This document shows, one piece after another, positions 44,389-56,594 of a stretch of DNA of 64,000 nt. A program made the position numbers and the translations under genes. The DNA is from the human T2T-CHM13v2.0 reference genome, Homo sapiens. Each line of letters starts with the position of its first letter. Within the stretch, counting starts at the first letter, position 1. The notes below the pieces were generated by a model. That model was not told the origin of the DNA and did not search any database. It saw nothing but the letters and a program-made list of their open reading frames with translations. The stretch lies in NCBI RefSeq assembly GCF_009914755.1, contig NC_060926.1; one strand, 5' to 3'.

Positions 44389-45189
44389 AGGTATATGTAT
44401 ATTATAACACCTAGAACACCACTTAGAAAACTGTACAAATTGATGTACTCAAGAACACCATAAGCAAGTCAAAAAATAACTCTAAAAATGTTCAAGTGAC
44501 CCACAAGTGAACACAGGCACTGAAATAGTTAAAGCAGTCTTGACGAAGAATACCCTGGAGGGAAATGCTGGTGAGAAACTTGTGATGAATCTGTTCTGTA
44601 TCTTGACTGTTACTGGTGGTTATAGAAATTTATATATGTGATCTAATTGCATAGAACTCTGGGGAACCAGCTTCCCTGGAGAAAGTTCTTATAAGAGACC
44701 TAGTGTTCTAAGATGCCACATAGCATGATAATTAGCTCTGTAACCATGTTTCCAGTTATTTGATCTGATCTGAAAGTATAATAAAGCTTATCTCATTCCC
44801 CTGAGACTGTCAAATGACCACAGCCCAGCAAGGGCTCTAATGTACACTCAAGCGTGTCAGGGAGACTGGAGTGTTACCTTCCTACACACTTATATTTTGG
44901 GAGATATAAAGTTCCAGAAATCTGAGGCACCTCTAGGTCAGAAAAGCCAAGGCACACCAGTATATCTGAATTTTAGAGAGATTTTATTTAAATACTAAAG
45001 GGTTGAAATTAGGACCTATACCCATTACGTTTCCAAGGAGACTCAAGAGTTGAGGAGCACAGCTTCCTCCTTCTCCTCTATAAACAAAGCAAGATCTTTT
45101 TTTTTTTCTCATCCATCATCCATGGAGCATCCAGCACACAGGAACACTGTGTTCCAGAAACCACCTCCATGCCTTTCTTCAAGTGAAAC

Positions 45190-45815
45190 AGCCATTCACT
45201 GCCACTGATACAGCTGCTTATTGCAATAATTGTGTCTCCTGCCTTCTGATAGTTGAGCATCTCCACCTGGACTCTACTGTTTTGGTGTCCTATCAACCTT
45301 ACTGCTTACTAGTGGGCTCTTGCTACCATCCTCCTTGTCAAACAAAGAAAATCATCACTAAATTTCTTAATGGTGCTGGTAACTCTCTCACCAGCACACT
45401 CTTTATAGTTGTGATCCTCTGAACCTTCCGTGAAACACCATATAGTGCTCTTCCAGCACGATTTGGCATGTCCACTCCAGCAAGCCCTCTACTCTGAGTG
45501 TTTTGGCCCCTTCCTTCATTGTCTGACATGACAATTCTGGTGTCTTCAACTTCATTGAGCTGGGCCAAAACATTTTCATGTTTCTAGGAGCTGTCCTAGC
45601 AGTGAGTATACATCATCTTCAGGAGTCTTTGCCAAGGTGTAACACCCTGTATCCCAGGAGAGTGCTTCCATCACTGGAGAGGCTGCTGCCACACTGCACC
45701 ATAAGGATGGAGTGGACAAGATCCCAGCCAGTCCATCATCAGCCTCTTCAGTGCTGACATGGTGTCGGGCTACTAATTTTTCAAAATTTTCCACTCTTCT
45801 TCCCAAGAGTTTCAT
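45190..45815 (-). mobile_element. ERVL-class internal fragment, gag-like
   Basis: Minus-strand ALSWDTGCYTLAKTPEDDVYSLLGQLLET resembles ERVL gag (ALSRDTGFN.LA....NSLLGWLLE, from memory). Confidence 0.6.
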
Positions 45816-45824
45816 CAGACGAAT

Positions 45825-46245
45825 AGCCACACTGCCACTTGGACACTTTGAGCTCCCATTATCCAAGTCATCCCAGGCAGGAAGAGGAATCACCATCCTA
45901 ACTGGGGTTTCTGACCCTGGTCATCAGAAGGAGGTGGGTTTGCTGTTACTCAGTGGGAACAGAGATAAATACATTTGGAACCAAAGTGATTCCTTTAATG
46001 TCTTTGGTACTCGCTTGCTTACTTGTGAAAACACATGGGCAGATGCAACACACCAGCCTGAAAAGGATGTGGCAGTCTCCTTAGACCCCCTCAGGGATGA
46101 GAGTCTGGGTACCTCACAAAGTTTTCCACCAAAGCCAGCAGAGTTGCTAGCTGAGGATGAAGCGAATTTATAATGGACAGCAGAGAAGGAAAACAATGAG
46201 TATTAGTTTTGACCCTGATACTTGGTTCAGTGATGGGGACTTTCC
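45825..46245 (+). mobile_element. ERVL-class internal fragment, dUTPase-like/pol 3' region
   Basis: LPLGHFELPLSKSSQAGRGITILTGVSDPGHQKEVGLLL resembles dUTPase motifs 2-3 of ERVL (G.T.L.GVIDPDYQGEIGLLL). Confidence 0.7.
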
Positions 46246-47295
46246 TCTTCTAAGTCTACCCCCAGGAAGAGGTCCACTGGGACCCTGAAGGAGGTCACTT
46301 AAAGCTATGACCATTTAGACTCCTAAGTAATTCTTGCCTAGTCCCTCTTTCCAAGTGTCCTCCAGTTCACATTGGAGCATACCAGTCAAGGATACACACC
46401 ACCTTGAGTCAGCTTACTCAAATATTAAACAGTTCCTACTATTCAACATAGTTCCTGCATATTGACTTTATTGAATAAAATCTGCATTTCCCATAAACTT
46501 TAAATAAAAATTTTATTTACATACAAAGTGCAAATTATATCTTCCTTTTCCATAATTCTGGTTAAAAAAAAAAAAGTTCCAGCAATTGCATTTTTACTAT
46601 TTACCCAAAGAGACAATTATATTCCACTCCACATATTCCTTTCAAATTATCTGACCAGGATTTCTTTGCAAACCTGTCTTGCCTATTTTTCCTTAGGTTG
46701 AAAGGATTCTGTAATCTCAAGTCTGCCTCAACCCTGTATCTTCATCCAGTACCCCGGATCAGTAGGATGAAAGTGGTAAGCCTACAAAAAAGTCCACTTC
46801 CATTTGTGTCAAAACCTACTTTCCCAATACTTGGGCATGTCAATTCTGCTAATGTTCTAGAGTACAACTTTCTCACATTTTCTAAAACCATATTTTAGAA
46901 ATGGTTACAAAATCCAAACAATTAACAAAATAAATTAGAATGATGAAAACAAATTAGAGGAATGCTTTTAACTTTCCAGGTAAAAGGCATTGCTTATCCA
47001 AGACTGACTACTGTCCTCACCCATATAGTTATAGAATTCCATATTCTGTACATTAATCCTCCCTCCTCACCAAGGGAACAGCCTCAATAAGCACATGAAC
47101 TCATCCATCATTTATTTGGAGGTTACTTACCTTGTCTGGCCCCTTGCCCATAGTAAAAGGCTGTTGATTTCAGACAGATTGTATAGAAACCTTCAAATAA
47201 TTCAGGGGAAGTGTCCTAATTTGTGATCCTTTTAAATGCGTCAAAAATGTAATAAGAAGATGGAGGCAACGCATAGGATTCCCTGCCTTTGTCTT

Positions 47296-47399
47296 TATAG
47301 TTGTTTACCAGAGATGTTTCAGCCAGTTGGAACTAAGAAGAAATGAATATAGTTGCTTACTAGAGATGTTTCAGCCAATTAGAAGTAAGAAGAAATGAA
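47296..47399. repeat. 52-bp tandem duplication (2 copies, 5 mismatches)
   Basis: TATAGTTG(T/C)TTAC(C/T)AGAGATGTTTCAGCCA...AAGAAGAAATGAA twice. Confidence 0.93.
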
Positions 47400-48126
47400 A
47401 CTGAACATGTTTTCTCCACTGGTTCTTGATCATACAGAGACAAATGTGAACAGAAGCCAGCCCCTGTACCTTTGCTCATATTAACACAGTCATTAGAAAA
47501 CGTTGAGATGTGTAGAGATTCAAGGACCTCAGATAGCTTTCCTCAATGAGATATTAGTAAGCTCATAGGCTGGCAGCATGCGTCCAGGTACTTTCCAACA
47601 AACACACGCCATACTTGGTTAACCAAGCAAGAAAGCCCCTAAGGCTGGCAAGAGTATTTCTGGGATTGAAAGAGAATCATTTATTAAGTTTTATGAATCT
47701 GAAAAACAACTTTATTAGGTACTGGTGGAAATCAAAGATCAAGCGATAGTAATATTTCCAACAGTATTTGTTGTGAAAGAGAGAGTTCTTATTTTTTGGG
47801 AAACACATTCTGATTTTATTTAATAAAACATACTAAAAAAAATATTCTGAACAAAATGACTAATTTTACCATTTACTCCCTGCATTGCCTCAAGCACTTT
47901 ATCAATTAAGGTTTTATAATGTATTACCTTCTTCAGTGACTTTTAATATATACATTTATGCTTGTTTAAATAGTATTCATTCGGAAACAATGATAGGTAC
48001 AATTTCACCAACAGATTAGTTTACATCATTAGAAAAAAATAAGAGCTGCTTAATTGAGAAAAATAATTTTATTAAAATATAGTTTTAAAATAAGACTATG
48101 TAATTTAGCTTTTCTTTCTCTCTCTC

Positions 48127-48255
48127 TTTTTTTAAATTAGAGACAAGATCCCACTATGCTGCCCAGGCTGGTCTTGACTCCTGTGTTCAGGCGATCCGCA
48201 GGCCTCGGCCTCCCAAAGTTCTGGAATTATAAGTGTGGGCCACACTTCTTGGGGG
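48127..48255 (-). mobile_element. FLAM/old Alu monomer
   Basis: AGAGACAAGATCCCACTATGCTGCCCAGGCTGG...GCCTCCCAAAG. Confidence 0.8.
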
Positions 48256-48359
48256 CTTTTTTCTTTAAATAGTTTTGTGATGCATAGAAAGGCTAAAGCT
48301 GTAGAGAAACTATTGTGACTTGGATGTTCATTACAGTGACTGCTAAAATTTCTGACCTA

Positions 48360-48666
<307 letters not shown>

Positions 48667-49022
48667 CTATTGCTAAGTAAGAGGATTATAAACAATTATT
48701 GTGTTTATAAATAGAGCATATAATACCATTCAAGGAGATGTGAGTTAGAAGTTTCAAAAATGTCCTTTCTTGAAAACTTTTTGTTAATCTGCTACTCATT
48801 CAGAGAATTTGTTAACATTTTCAAATTATTTTCCTTGCTATAATAATTTCAAAATTTTCCTTCATTTAATCGTTAATTGAGGTTGATTTCCATCATCAGC
48901 CTCTCCAGTGCTGACATGGTATTGGACTACTAATTTTCCCAATTTTTCCACTCTGCTTCCCAAGAGTGTTGTTTTGAATTGCACATTGAATTGTACAATT
49001 CAATGATTTTTATTTTAATTAT

Positions 49023-49317
49023 ATATTTTGGGCTATTTAGAGATGATTACATAGGTTATATGCAGATACTACATCATTTTAGATCAGGGACTTGGATTTT
49101 ACTATCTGATCCCCCATGGATACCAAGGGACAGCTGTATTGAATGTTAGGGTTACTTCTCCAGTGGTATTTAGTTAAGTCCATTTACTTTCTATAGTGAA
49201 TTTAGGGAGTTTTATACTAAAAAGGGCTGACTATCCAGGAGGTGCTTTCAAAGCACCACCTTCCCTGGAGGATGCAACAGCTGTGAGCCATCCCCAGCAC
49301 CTCTGCAAAACCATGAT
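49023..49317 (-). repeat. Left arm of long inverted repeat (includes truncated MER2)
   Basis: Reverse complement of 50880-51187. Confidence 0.97.
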
Positions 49318-50879
49318 CAGTCCTTTGCAAGAGGCCCAGGCCTCAGACTATGCAGTGACTCCCAAGTGGAGCCTGTCTCCTCACTCAACTGAGCAGCAGC
49401 CTTGGGCCCCATCAATGAGGAAAGGATTGGAGATGCCTCAAAAAACACAGAACATTTGCAACAGAAACAAGCTTATATTTCTGTTCTTCTGACAAGTAAT
49501 AATTGTCAGCTCCAAAGGCACTACCAAATCTGGCTCAATCTAACATAGTTACATTCTCTGGTCCGTGACCTTTCTGCTGTACATACAATCCAATCACGTC
49601 TATACCACAAGCAAACTGTCATTTTAATAATCAAATAAATGCTGATCTCACTGTGTCTTTGCCAAGTATCTACCTTCATAACTTTGAGGAGGCTGGCAGA
49701 GAGAGTTAATAGTATCCACCTTTGTTAAATAGCTGAGGGAGTGAAGGTACCATTCCCAACCACACAAAAGTTTTAAGTAGCAGACTCAGCATTTTCTTTG
49801 AGACACTTTCCAAATACCTGTGTTTCCTTTTTACTGCAATATAATGCTTTGACTCTTGGAATGATTCATAGAGTGCTGTTTTTTTTTTTTTCCCCAGTCA
49901 GCAAATTCACCTTACAAATAAGACTTAGGTGTCATGTCCCAAATGTCTCTAATAACCAGAATCACCAAAGATATTTGTTACATACCCATATTCCCAGGTC
50001 TCCATGAGCAAGGCTTGAACAGTCAGCAAATGAGTGATTATTTTCTGTTAATTAGATTCATAAAAGGAAAGATAAAAACATGACCCTGAAATGTAATGTC
50101 AGTTTCAGGGCTCAATTTAATTAGGTAAAATACCTCCTGTGTCTCTTCATTCAAATGCAGAGTAACAGTGTTTTGTAGGGTAGAGCCTGACCACAGTCTT
50201 TGATCACATGTTGTTTTTTAGCCTCCTAAGTTATAATTCTTTTAAAAGAGATGGATACTCTTCTATGATTAGTTCCTGGTTTCCACATCTCTCTTAATCA
50301 TGTTATTCCAACCTTCTAGTTTGAAAATTGGCCTTGTCGATGAAAAAATATAGAAGCAATACAACAGCATTGTCATAATGATTCTTTACTGTTTGCAATG
50401 TCCTTTGTACCTAGCACTGTTTTTATTAATCTTCACAGCATCCCATTTTACAGACAAAACTAAGAGGTTGTGAGTTGCTTTGTGCATAGTGCATTCATTA
50501 CCAGTGGGAATTATTGAAGCAAATTTGAAAAACATTATTAAAAATAATTAACAATTGAAAATTTCAACTGATAAACACATGACTGTTTTATTTTTATGGT
50601 TTTTGTATTTATTTACTAAGAGCTGTATCACATATAAAAACATGTAATATACATCCACAATAATGATAATCTATCATCCATATTAAAAAATAAAGCACTG
50701 TGTACTTCGATTTATATTAATTGTATGCAGAAAGTCAAATGTACATTAGAAAGTAGACTGGTGATTGTCTGGGCCTGGGAATGGCAGTGAGGGCCTACTG
50801 TAGCTGAGCACAGTTGTCTTTTTGAAGTGATTAAAATGATCTAAAATTATATTGTGATGATAGGCAAGTCTGTAGATAT

Positions 50880-51187
50880 ATCATGGTTTTGCAGAGGTGC
50901 TGGGGGGTGGCTCACAGCTGTTGCATCCTCCAGGGAAGGTGGTGCTTTGAAAGCACCTCCTGGGTACTCAGCCCTTTTTAATATAAAGCTCCCTAAATTC
51001 ACTATCGAAAGTAAATGGACTTAATACCACTGGAGAAGTAACCTTAAGATTAAATACAGCTGTCCCTTGGTATCCATGTGGGATCAGCTTCTAGGACCCC
51101 CACGATAGTAAAATCCAAGTCCCTGATCTAAAATGATGTAGTATCTGCATATAACCTATGTAATCATCTCTAAATAGCCCAAAATAT
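50880..51187 (+). repeat. Right arm of long inverted repeat
   Basis: About 10 substitutions and 3 indels (1, 5, 17 nt) relative to the left arm, counted by eye. Confidence 0.97.
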
Positions 51188-51348
51188 CTAATACAATATA
51201 AATACTATGTAAATAGTTGTAATACTGTATTGTTTTTAATCTGTATTGTTTTTTCTCGTATTATTATTTTTTATTGTTTTCATTAGTATGTGGAATCCAC
51301 AGATATGAAACAGGAGGTTGCAGTACTAAAGATACAGAGGGCCGGCTG
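51057..51348 (+). mobile_element. MER2-family MITE, both ends present
   Basis: TA|CAGCTGTCCCTTGGTATCC...GATACAGAGGGCCGGCTG|TA. Confidence 0.85.
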
Positions 51349-54300
51349 TATCTAGGTAATTTAATTCAGTTAATAGTTAAATATATTTTTAAATGATTCA
51401 AGAAGGAAATTATTTTTGAGTCCTGGAAGACAAACCTGCCCCAAGTCCTTCCCCCAGCCTCCTGCTGCTGGTTCCATTCACCAACAGGTTATGAAACTCC
51501 CTTTTAAACGAGCCTATCAATCAGGCTTGCTCACCTCCAGTTAATGCTAGATAGACCTATAGGTCATAATTTTGTGCAAAATTAAAAAAAAAACTTGACT
51601 CTTCAGTTAACTCTTCAGAAAATACTGTAGCTTCCTGCTGGCTAGTTCTTCAAATTTAATAACCTACTCTACTGAAATAGAACCCTGAAGTAGATACCAG
51701 CGCTCTGGGCTTACAAACACCCTTTAATTCAGATGTTATTTCTTGCTGGAACATTTTTGTTCAATTTACAGAGAGGATGAGATTGTAAGGCCGATTATCA
51801 TTTGACAAATAGAAGTTGCAAGTTTCTTTTTAATTCTATCAGCCACTTTGGTCCTGAATAATCTTAATTTTTAGTCCTCTATTAATTTTCTACTGTATTA
51901 AAGTCTCACTCTCTTGTTATGTAATACTTGTTATAAAAATTGCACACATATGCTTCTGCTAGTATAATTGCAACCTAAAGCCACAGAAATATAATTTATA
52001 TAAATATAAAATTGTGGTTATTTCAATATATGTGTATAGAAAACTGTTATAGTTTCATATTTTCTCAGTAATGCAAAAAGATAAAGATACAGAGGTACTC
52101 CTGTAATTATTTATCCATCTCGGGCTGTTAGCTTATTGACAATGAATCAAAATAGAGACACTGGCAATATATTTTCTTCCACAAGGGTAATTTATTGAGA
52201 AACTGAAACTTTAGCCTAAAGGAGAAAACATTAAAGATCTACCTGCTTCTGTGGCCAATTTTGCATTATGTTAACATGGTATGTATTTTTTGACACTTGA
52301 CACATTTCAGAAAATCTGAAGTAATACTGTTGCTGAAACTCATAGCATACGGCTTTCTGGGGTTCCAACAGCAGTGTACCTCCTATAACTCCTGGAACTC
52401 TGCCACGGCATTAAACACCAAAATGGCAAGGAGGCAGGAGATATTAACAGCAAATTAAAATCCATAAATAGCCCCAGCCCTAACTTGAGGCTTTGGAGTC
52501 GATGTCTTCCACCTCCAAGTATTTTCTGAACTAGGGGCCTTTGCAGTTTCTTGAATTTATTTTTTTTTTTTGGTTCACCCTGAAGTAAGTCAGCCCAAGG
52601 ACCCAAGTGCCTGTGTGAATCACTCACTAAACCAACAGGCTCCAGTAATGCACTAATGACTGTACTTACTAAAGGGCACCTTCACCAAAGTGAGCTGGTG
52701 TGTAGGCTTAAAGAAAAATAAAAGGACACCACTGAACACACAACTAGAAGCTTGGCTAAATATGAACTGTTTAACCTTTATATACTTAGCAGAGAATGGC
52801 AAAGAGATAGAAAAATGTTTCCTGGGGGACATTGAAAGAGTATATTCTTAATAGGCTCATCTCTTACAGAGGCTAAACACCGGCCTAGGGACAGACAAAT
52901 AAATGGCAGAGCTGTCACATGGACACATTTCTTTTCTCGTATAACTTCCCAGGATGAAGGCCAAAATCATGGATGACTGCTCCCCAGGAGGTAGGGGCAA
53001 CAGAGCAGCGCTGAGTGAGGCTAAGGCTGCATTTGCCCAAAACATCTTCAAATACTAAGGTTGCTTAGCATAGAGATGGCAAATGGCTCAAGGGAAGAAG
53101 TCAGCCTTCTTTATCTGGATACATTTTGAACCCTGATCCTCCAGGGCAGTGAAAAGAATGGTTCTCTTCAAAATGTAATTTCTTCTGCAGAATATATTTT
53201 ATAAGACTGTCTACACACATGCATGCACACATGCACACACACACACGCACACACTCCAGAGGGAATCTTTTGTTAGGCATGAAGATGTATGCCTGTGCAA
53301 ACACATTCAAATTGCTCTCACGCTCTGCATGTGCTGACTGTTACCTTTCAGCATGTATATTAATCCCAAAGGTAAGAGGCAGAAAGAAAGAAAACAACAG
53401 ATGTGTTGTTGTTTTATTTTCTACACTACAGGCTATAATATCAGTATATAAAATAGAAAGCAAAATTATGATACATAAATATTGGCAGTAAGCCTTAAAG
53501 TATGACTTTCTTTGGAAACTAGCCGTAAAAATAAGCCCACTTTGTTTATGAAAAACATATTACTTTTATTTTTAAATAAAACATTGAGGCTAATTATATT
53601 TTGGAGATGTTATCTTGGTTCATGTAAGTTTGCACAGTGATTGTAGACTAATAGTTCCCAGACAGATGGCCAAAACGGTTGACATTTAGAAAAAACAATA
53701 TGGTCCTGCAACATTTCAGTGTAAATGTCTAGGCTAAAAAGTTGTGCCAAAGTTCTGGGCCATTATAAATCCAGAATGTAGCCATGAAAGCAGGAAGCTA
53801 AAATTATGTAAAGTTAAAATGAAGTTACACATTGGTTCACTGGAGAAAGATTGAAAGCCTATTGCCAAAATCCTTAATGAATGAGGGCGAGTCAGAGGAA
53901 GTTTTTGTCAGTTTTTGCAACAAGAATGATGATAAGAGGAAGGCTTTGATCTTCAAAGAGAAAGAATGCTTTGAAGAGGAAGAATAATGTTTTAAAATGG
54001 AGATGCAGAGTGGGATAATCCTAATGGATTCTCTAGGCCTTACAACATGAGGTGTGGGTGAACAGGGAGCTTCCAATCTAGAAAACCAAAAAGAATATAG
54101 GGTCTTTAAATAACAACCAGGGTTAATTTTCTGAAAATGTAAAGGATTACAACAGATTACAAGATAAATGAAATATACTTAAACTGCATAGAATAGAAGA
54201 AGGAATTTGGTGGAGGAAGCACAAAACCCCAGGGGAATGATATTTTAGGTATGAGAAGCCTAAGGGGCTCAAGGGTCCCCTGATCCCAGTTCCAAGAGGC

Positions 54301-54964
54301 CTGTCAGGCTTTGTGTCAGCACCCCTGGAAGAAGGAAATGGGAAATACTCCATGTGTGTGAAGAGGACAAGCCCCCGATTCTCCCAGGAAAGTCTAAAAG
54401 GAGGTGTGTGCTCACAAGAAGGCTAGAAAACATATTTTCTGTATTATGGGTTGGATTTCCATAGGGTGAGGTGGAGAGACTGTCAAATGGACAGGTAATT
54501 TGCAAAAGATGTGGGACAGCCACAAAGGTCTGACTGATGTCCTCTCCATTACCCACTTTCTCACACAATGCCTGGCACAAAGTAGATGATCTCTAACTAC
54601 TGAATTGAGTATTAACATGCACAACGTCAACAAGAAACCCCTTCATGCCAATGTCTGCCACCCAGGGAACCTGAGCTACCACCCACACACCTGTGTGTCA
54701 TAGCCAACGGGCCAGGAAGAAAGTGAATCTGGACAATAGCATAAATCTAGATTAAAATGGTACGTATTTTTGGAATAATAAATTTAGTTCTCATCACTAG
54801 ACTCTGAACTTGTAAATGTCAATGAAAATATACATTATAACCATATTTTCTCAATGAATACTTAAGCAAATTAAAGAAAGTCATTTGGCTCCTGTGACAA
54901 AACTTGGTTGTGCTGTATACACAATTCTGACTGTGGAGCCACTATGCCTTTGCTGTGGTGCTCT

Positions 54965-56594
54965 TGAGAGGTGACAACGTGCTAGCCACCCTTGCTCGCT
55001 CTCAGCGCCTCCTCAGCCTCGGCGTCCACTTTGGCCATGCTTGAGGAGCCCTTCAGCCCACCGCCCCACTGTGGGAGCCCCTCTCTGGGCTGGCCGAGGC
55101 CAGAGCTGGCTTCCTCTGCTTGCAGGGAGGTGTAGAGGGAGAGGCACGGGCGGGAACCAGGGCTGCTCACGGGCGCTTGTGGGCCAGCGCAAGTTCCAGG
55201 TGGGCGCAGGCTCGGCAGGCCCCGCACTCGGAGTGGCTGGCTGGCGCCGCTGGCCCAGGCAGTGAGGGGCTTAGCAGCTGGGCCAGCAGCTGTGGAGGGG
55301 GCACCAGGCCCCCAGCACTGCTGGCCCACCCGCGCCGTGCCACGCTAGAATTCTCACCAGGCCTCAGCCGCCTCCCTGTGGGGCAGGGCTTGGGACCTGC
55401 AGCCCACCGTGCCTGAGCCCCCCCGTGGTGGGCTCCCACATGGCCCAAGCCTCCCCAGTGGCGCCCAGTCCCATCGACTGCCCAAGGGCTGAGGAGGAGT
55501 GCAGGTGCACGGCGCGGGACTGGTGGGCAGCTCCGCCCGTGGCCCTGGTGCAGGATCCACTAGGCTAAGCCAGCTGGGCTCCTGACTCCGTGGGGACTTG
55601 GTGAACTTTTATGTCCAGCTGGAGGATTGTATATGCACCAATCAGCACTCTGTGTCTAGCTCGGGGTTCGTGGATGCACCAATCAGCACTCTGTATCTAG
55701 CTAATCTGGTGAGGACTTGGAGAACTTTTATGTCTAGCTAAAGGATTGTAAATACAACAATCAGCACTCTGTATCTAGCTCAAGGTTTGTAAACACACCA
55801 ATCAGCACTCTATGTCTAGCTCAAGTTTTGTAAACGCACCAATCAGCACCCTGTGTCTAGCTCAAGGTTTGTAAACACACCAATCAGTGCTGTGCATCTA
55901 GCTAATCTAGTGGGGACTTGGAGAACTTTTACGTCTAGCTAGAGGATTGTAAATACACCAATCAGCACTCTGTGTCTAGCTCAGGCATTGTAAATGCACC
56001 AATCAGCACCCTGTCGAGACAGACCAATCAGCTCTCTGTAAAACGGACCAATCAGTTCTCTGTAAAATGGACCAATCAGCTCTCTATAAAATGGGCCAAT
56101 CAGCAGGATGTGGGTGGGAGTCAGATAAGGGAATAAAAGCAGGCTGCCCAGCCAGCAGCAGCAACCTGCAGGGGTTCTCTTCCATGGTGTGGGAGCTTTG
56201 TTTTTTTGCTCTTTGCAATAAATTTTGCTCTTGATCACTCTTTGGGTCCGCACTGCCTTTATGAGCTGTAACACTCACCACGAAGGTCTGCAGCTTCACT
56301 CCTGAGGCGAGCGAGACCACAAACCCACTGGGAGGAATGAACAACTGTGGATGGGAGAAACAAAAAACTCCAGATGTGCCTCCTTAAGAGCTGTAACATT
56401 CACTGTGAAGGTCTGCAGCTTCACTCCTGAAGCCAGTGAGACCACGAACCCACCAGAAGGAAGAAACTCCGAACACATCTGAAAATCAGAAGGAACAAAC
56501 TCCGGACACACCATCTTTAAGAACTGTAACACTCACCGCGAGGGTCTGTGGCTTCATTCTTGAAGTCAGACCAAGAACTCACCTATCAGACACA
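54965..56594 (+). mobile_element. Solo LTR12 (HERV9 LTR, LTR12C/D/E group)
   Basis: TGAGAGGTGACAACGTGCTAGC...GACACA; GC-rich U3, tandem CACCAATCAGCAC repeats, TATA-like AATAAAAG at 56132, polyA signal at 56217; near-TSD CTCT/TTCT. Confidence 0.96.

Larger units (their letters stand above)
42510..44660 (+). mobile_element. Old L1M 5'/ORF1-region fragments
   Basis: ORF1-like text (ACTCACTGGTTGAGCTCAATAGCAGAATG...AATCAGCAAACTTGAAGATA; CATGGAGGCCAGAAGAAAATG); boundaries approximate. Confidence 0.65.

Noticed and set aside
45712-46173. 153-aa ORF as a domesticated dUTPase gene
   Set aside because: Motif 3 is degenerate (VSDPGH), other motifs are missing, the start is non-ATG and there is no exon structure
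55637-56101. Regularly spaced repeats resembling a CRISPR array or REST/NRSE half-sites (TCAGCAC)
   Set aside because: Standard LTR12 U3 enhancer repeats in human DNA; spacers are not unique and the GGACAG half-site is not correctly placed
54982-56532. Cluster of ORFs including repeated IGPFYREL
   Set aside because: All lie inside the LTR12 and its tandem CCAAT repeats
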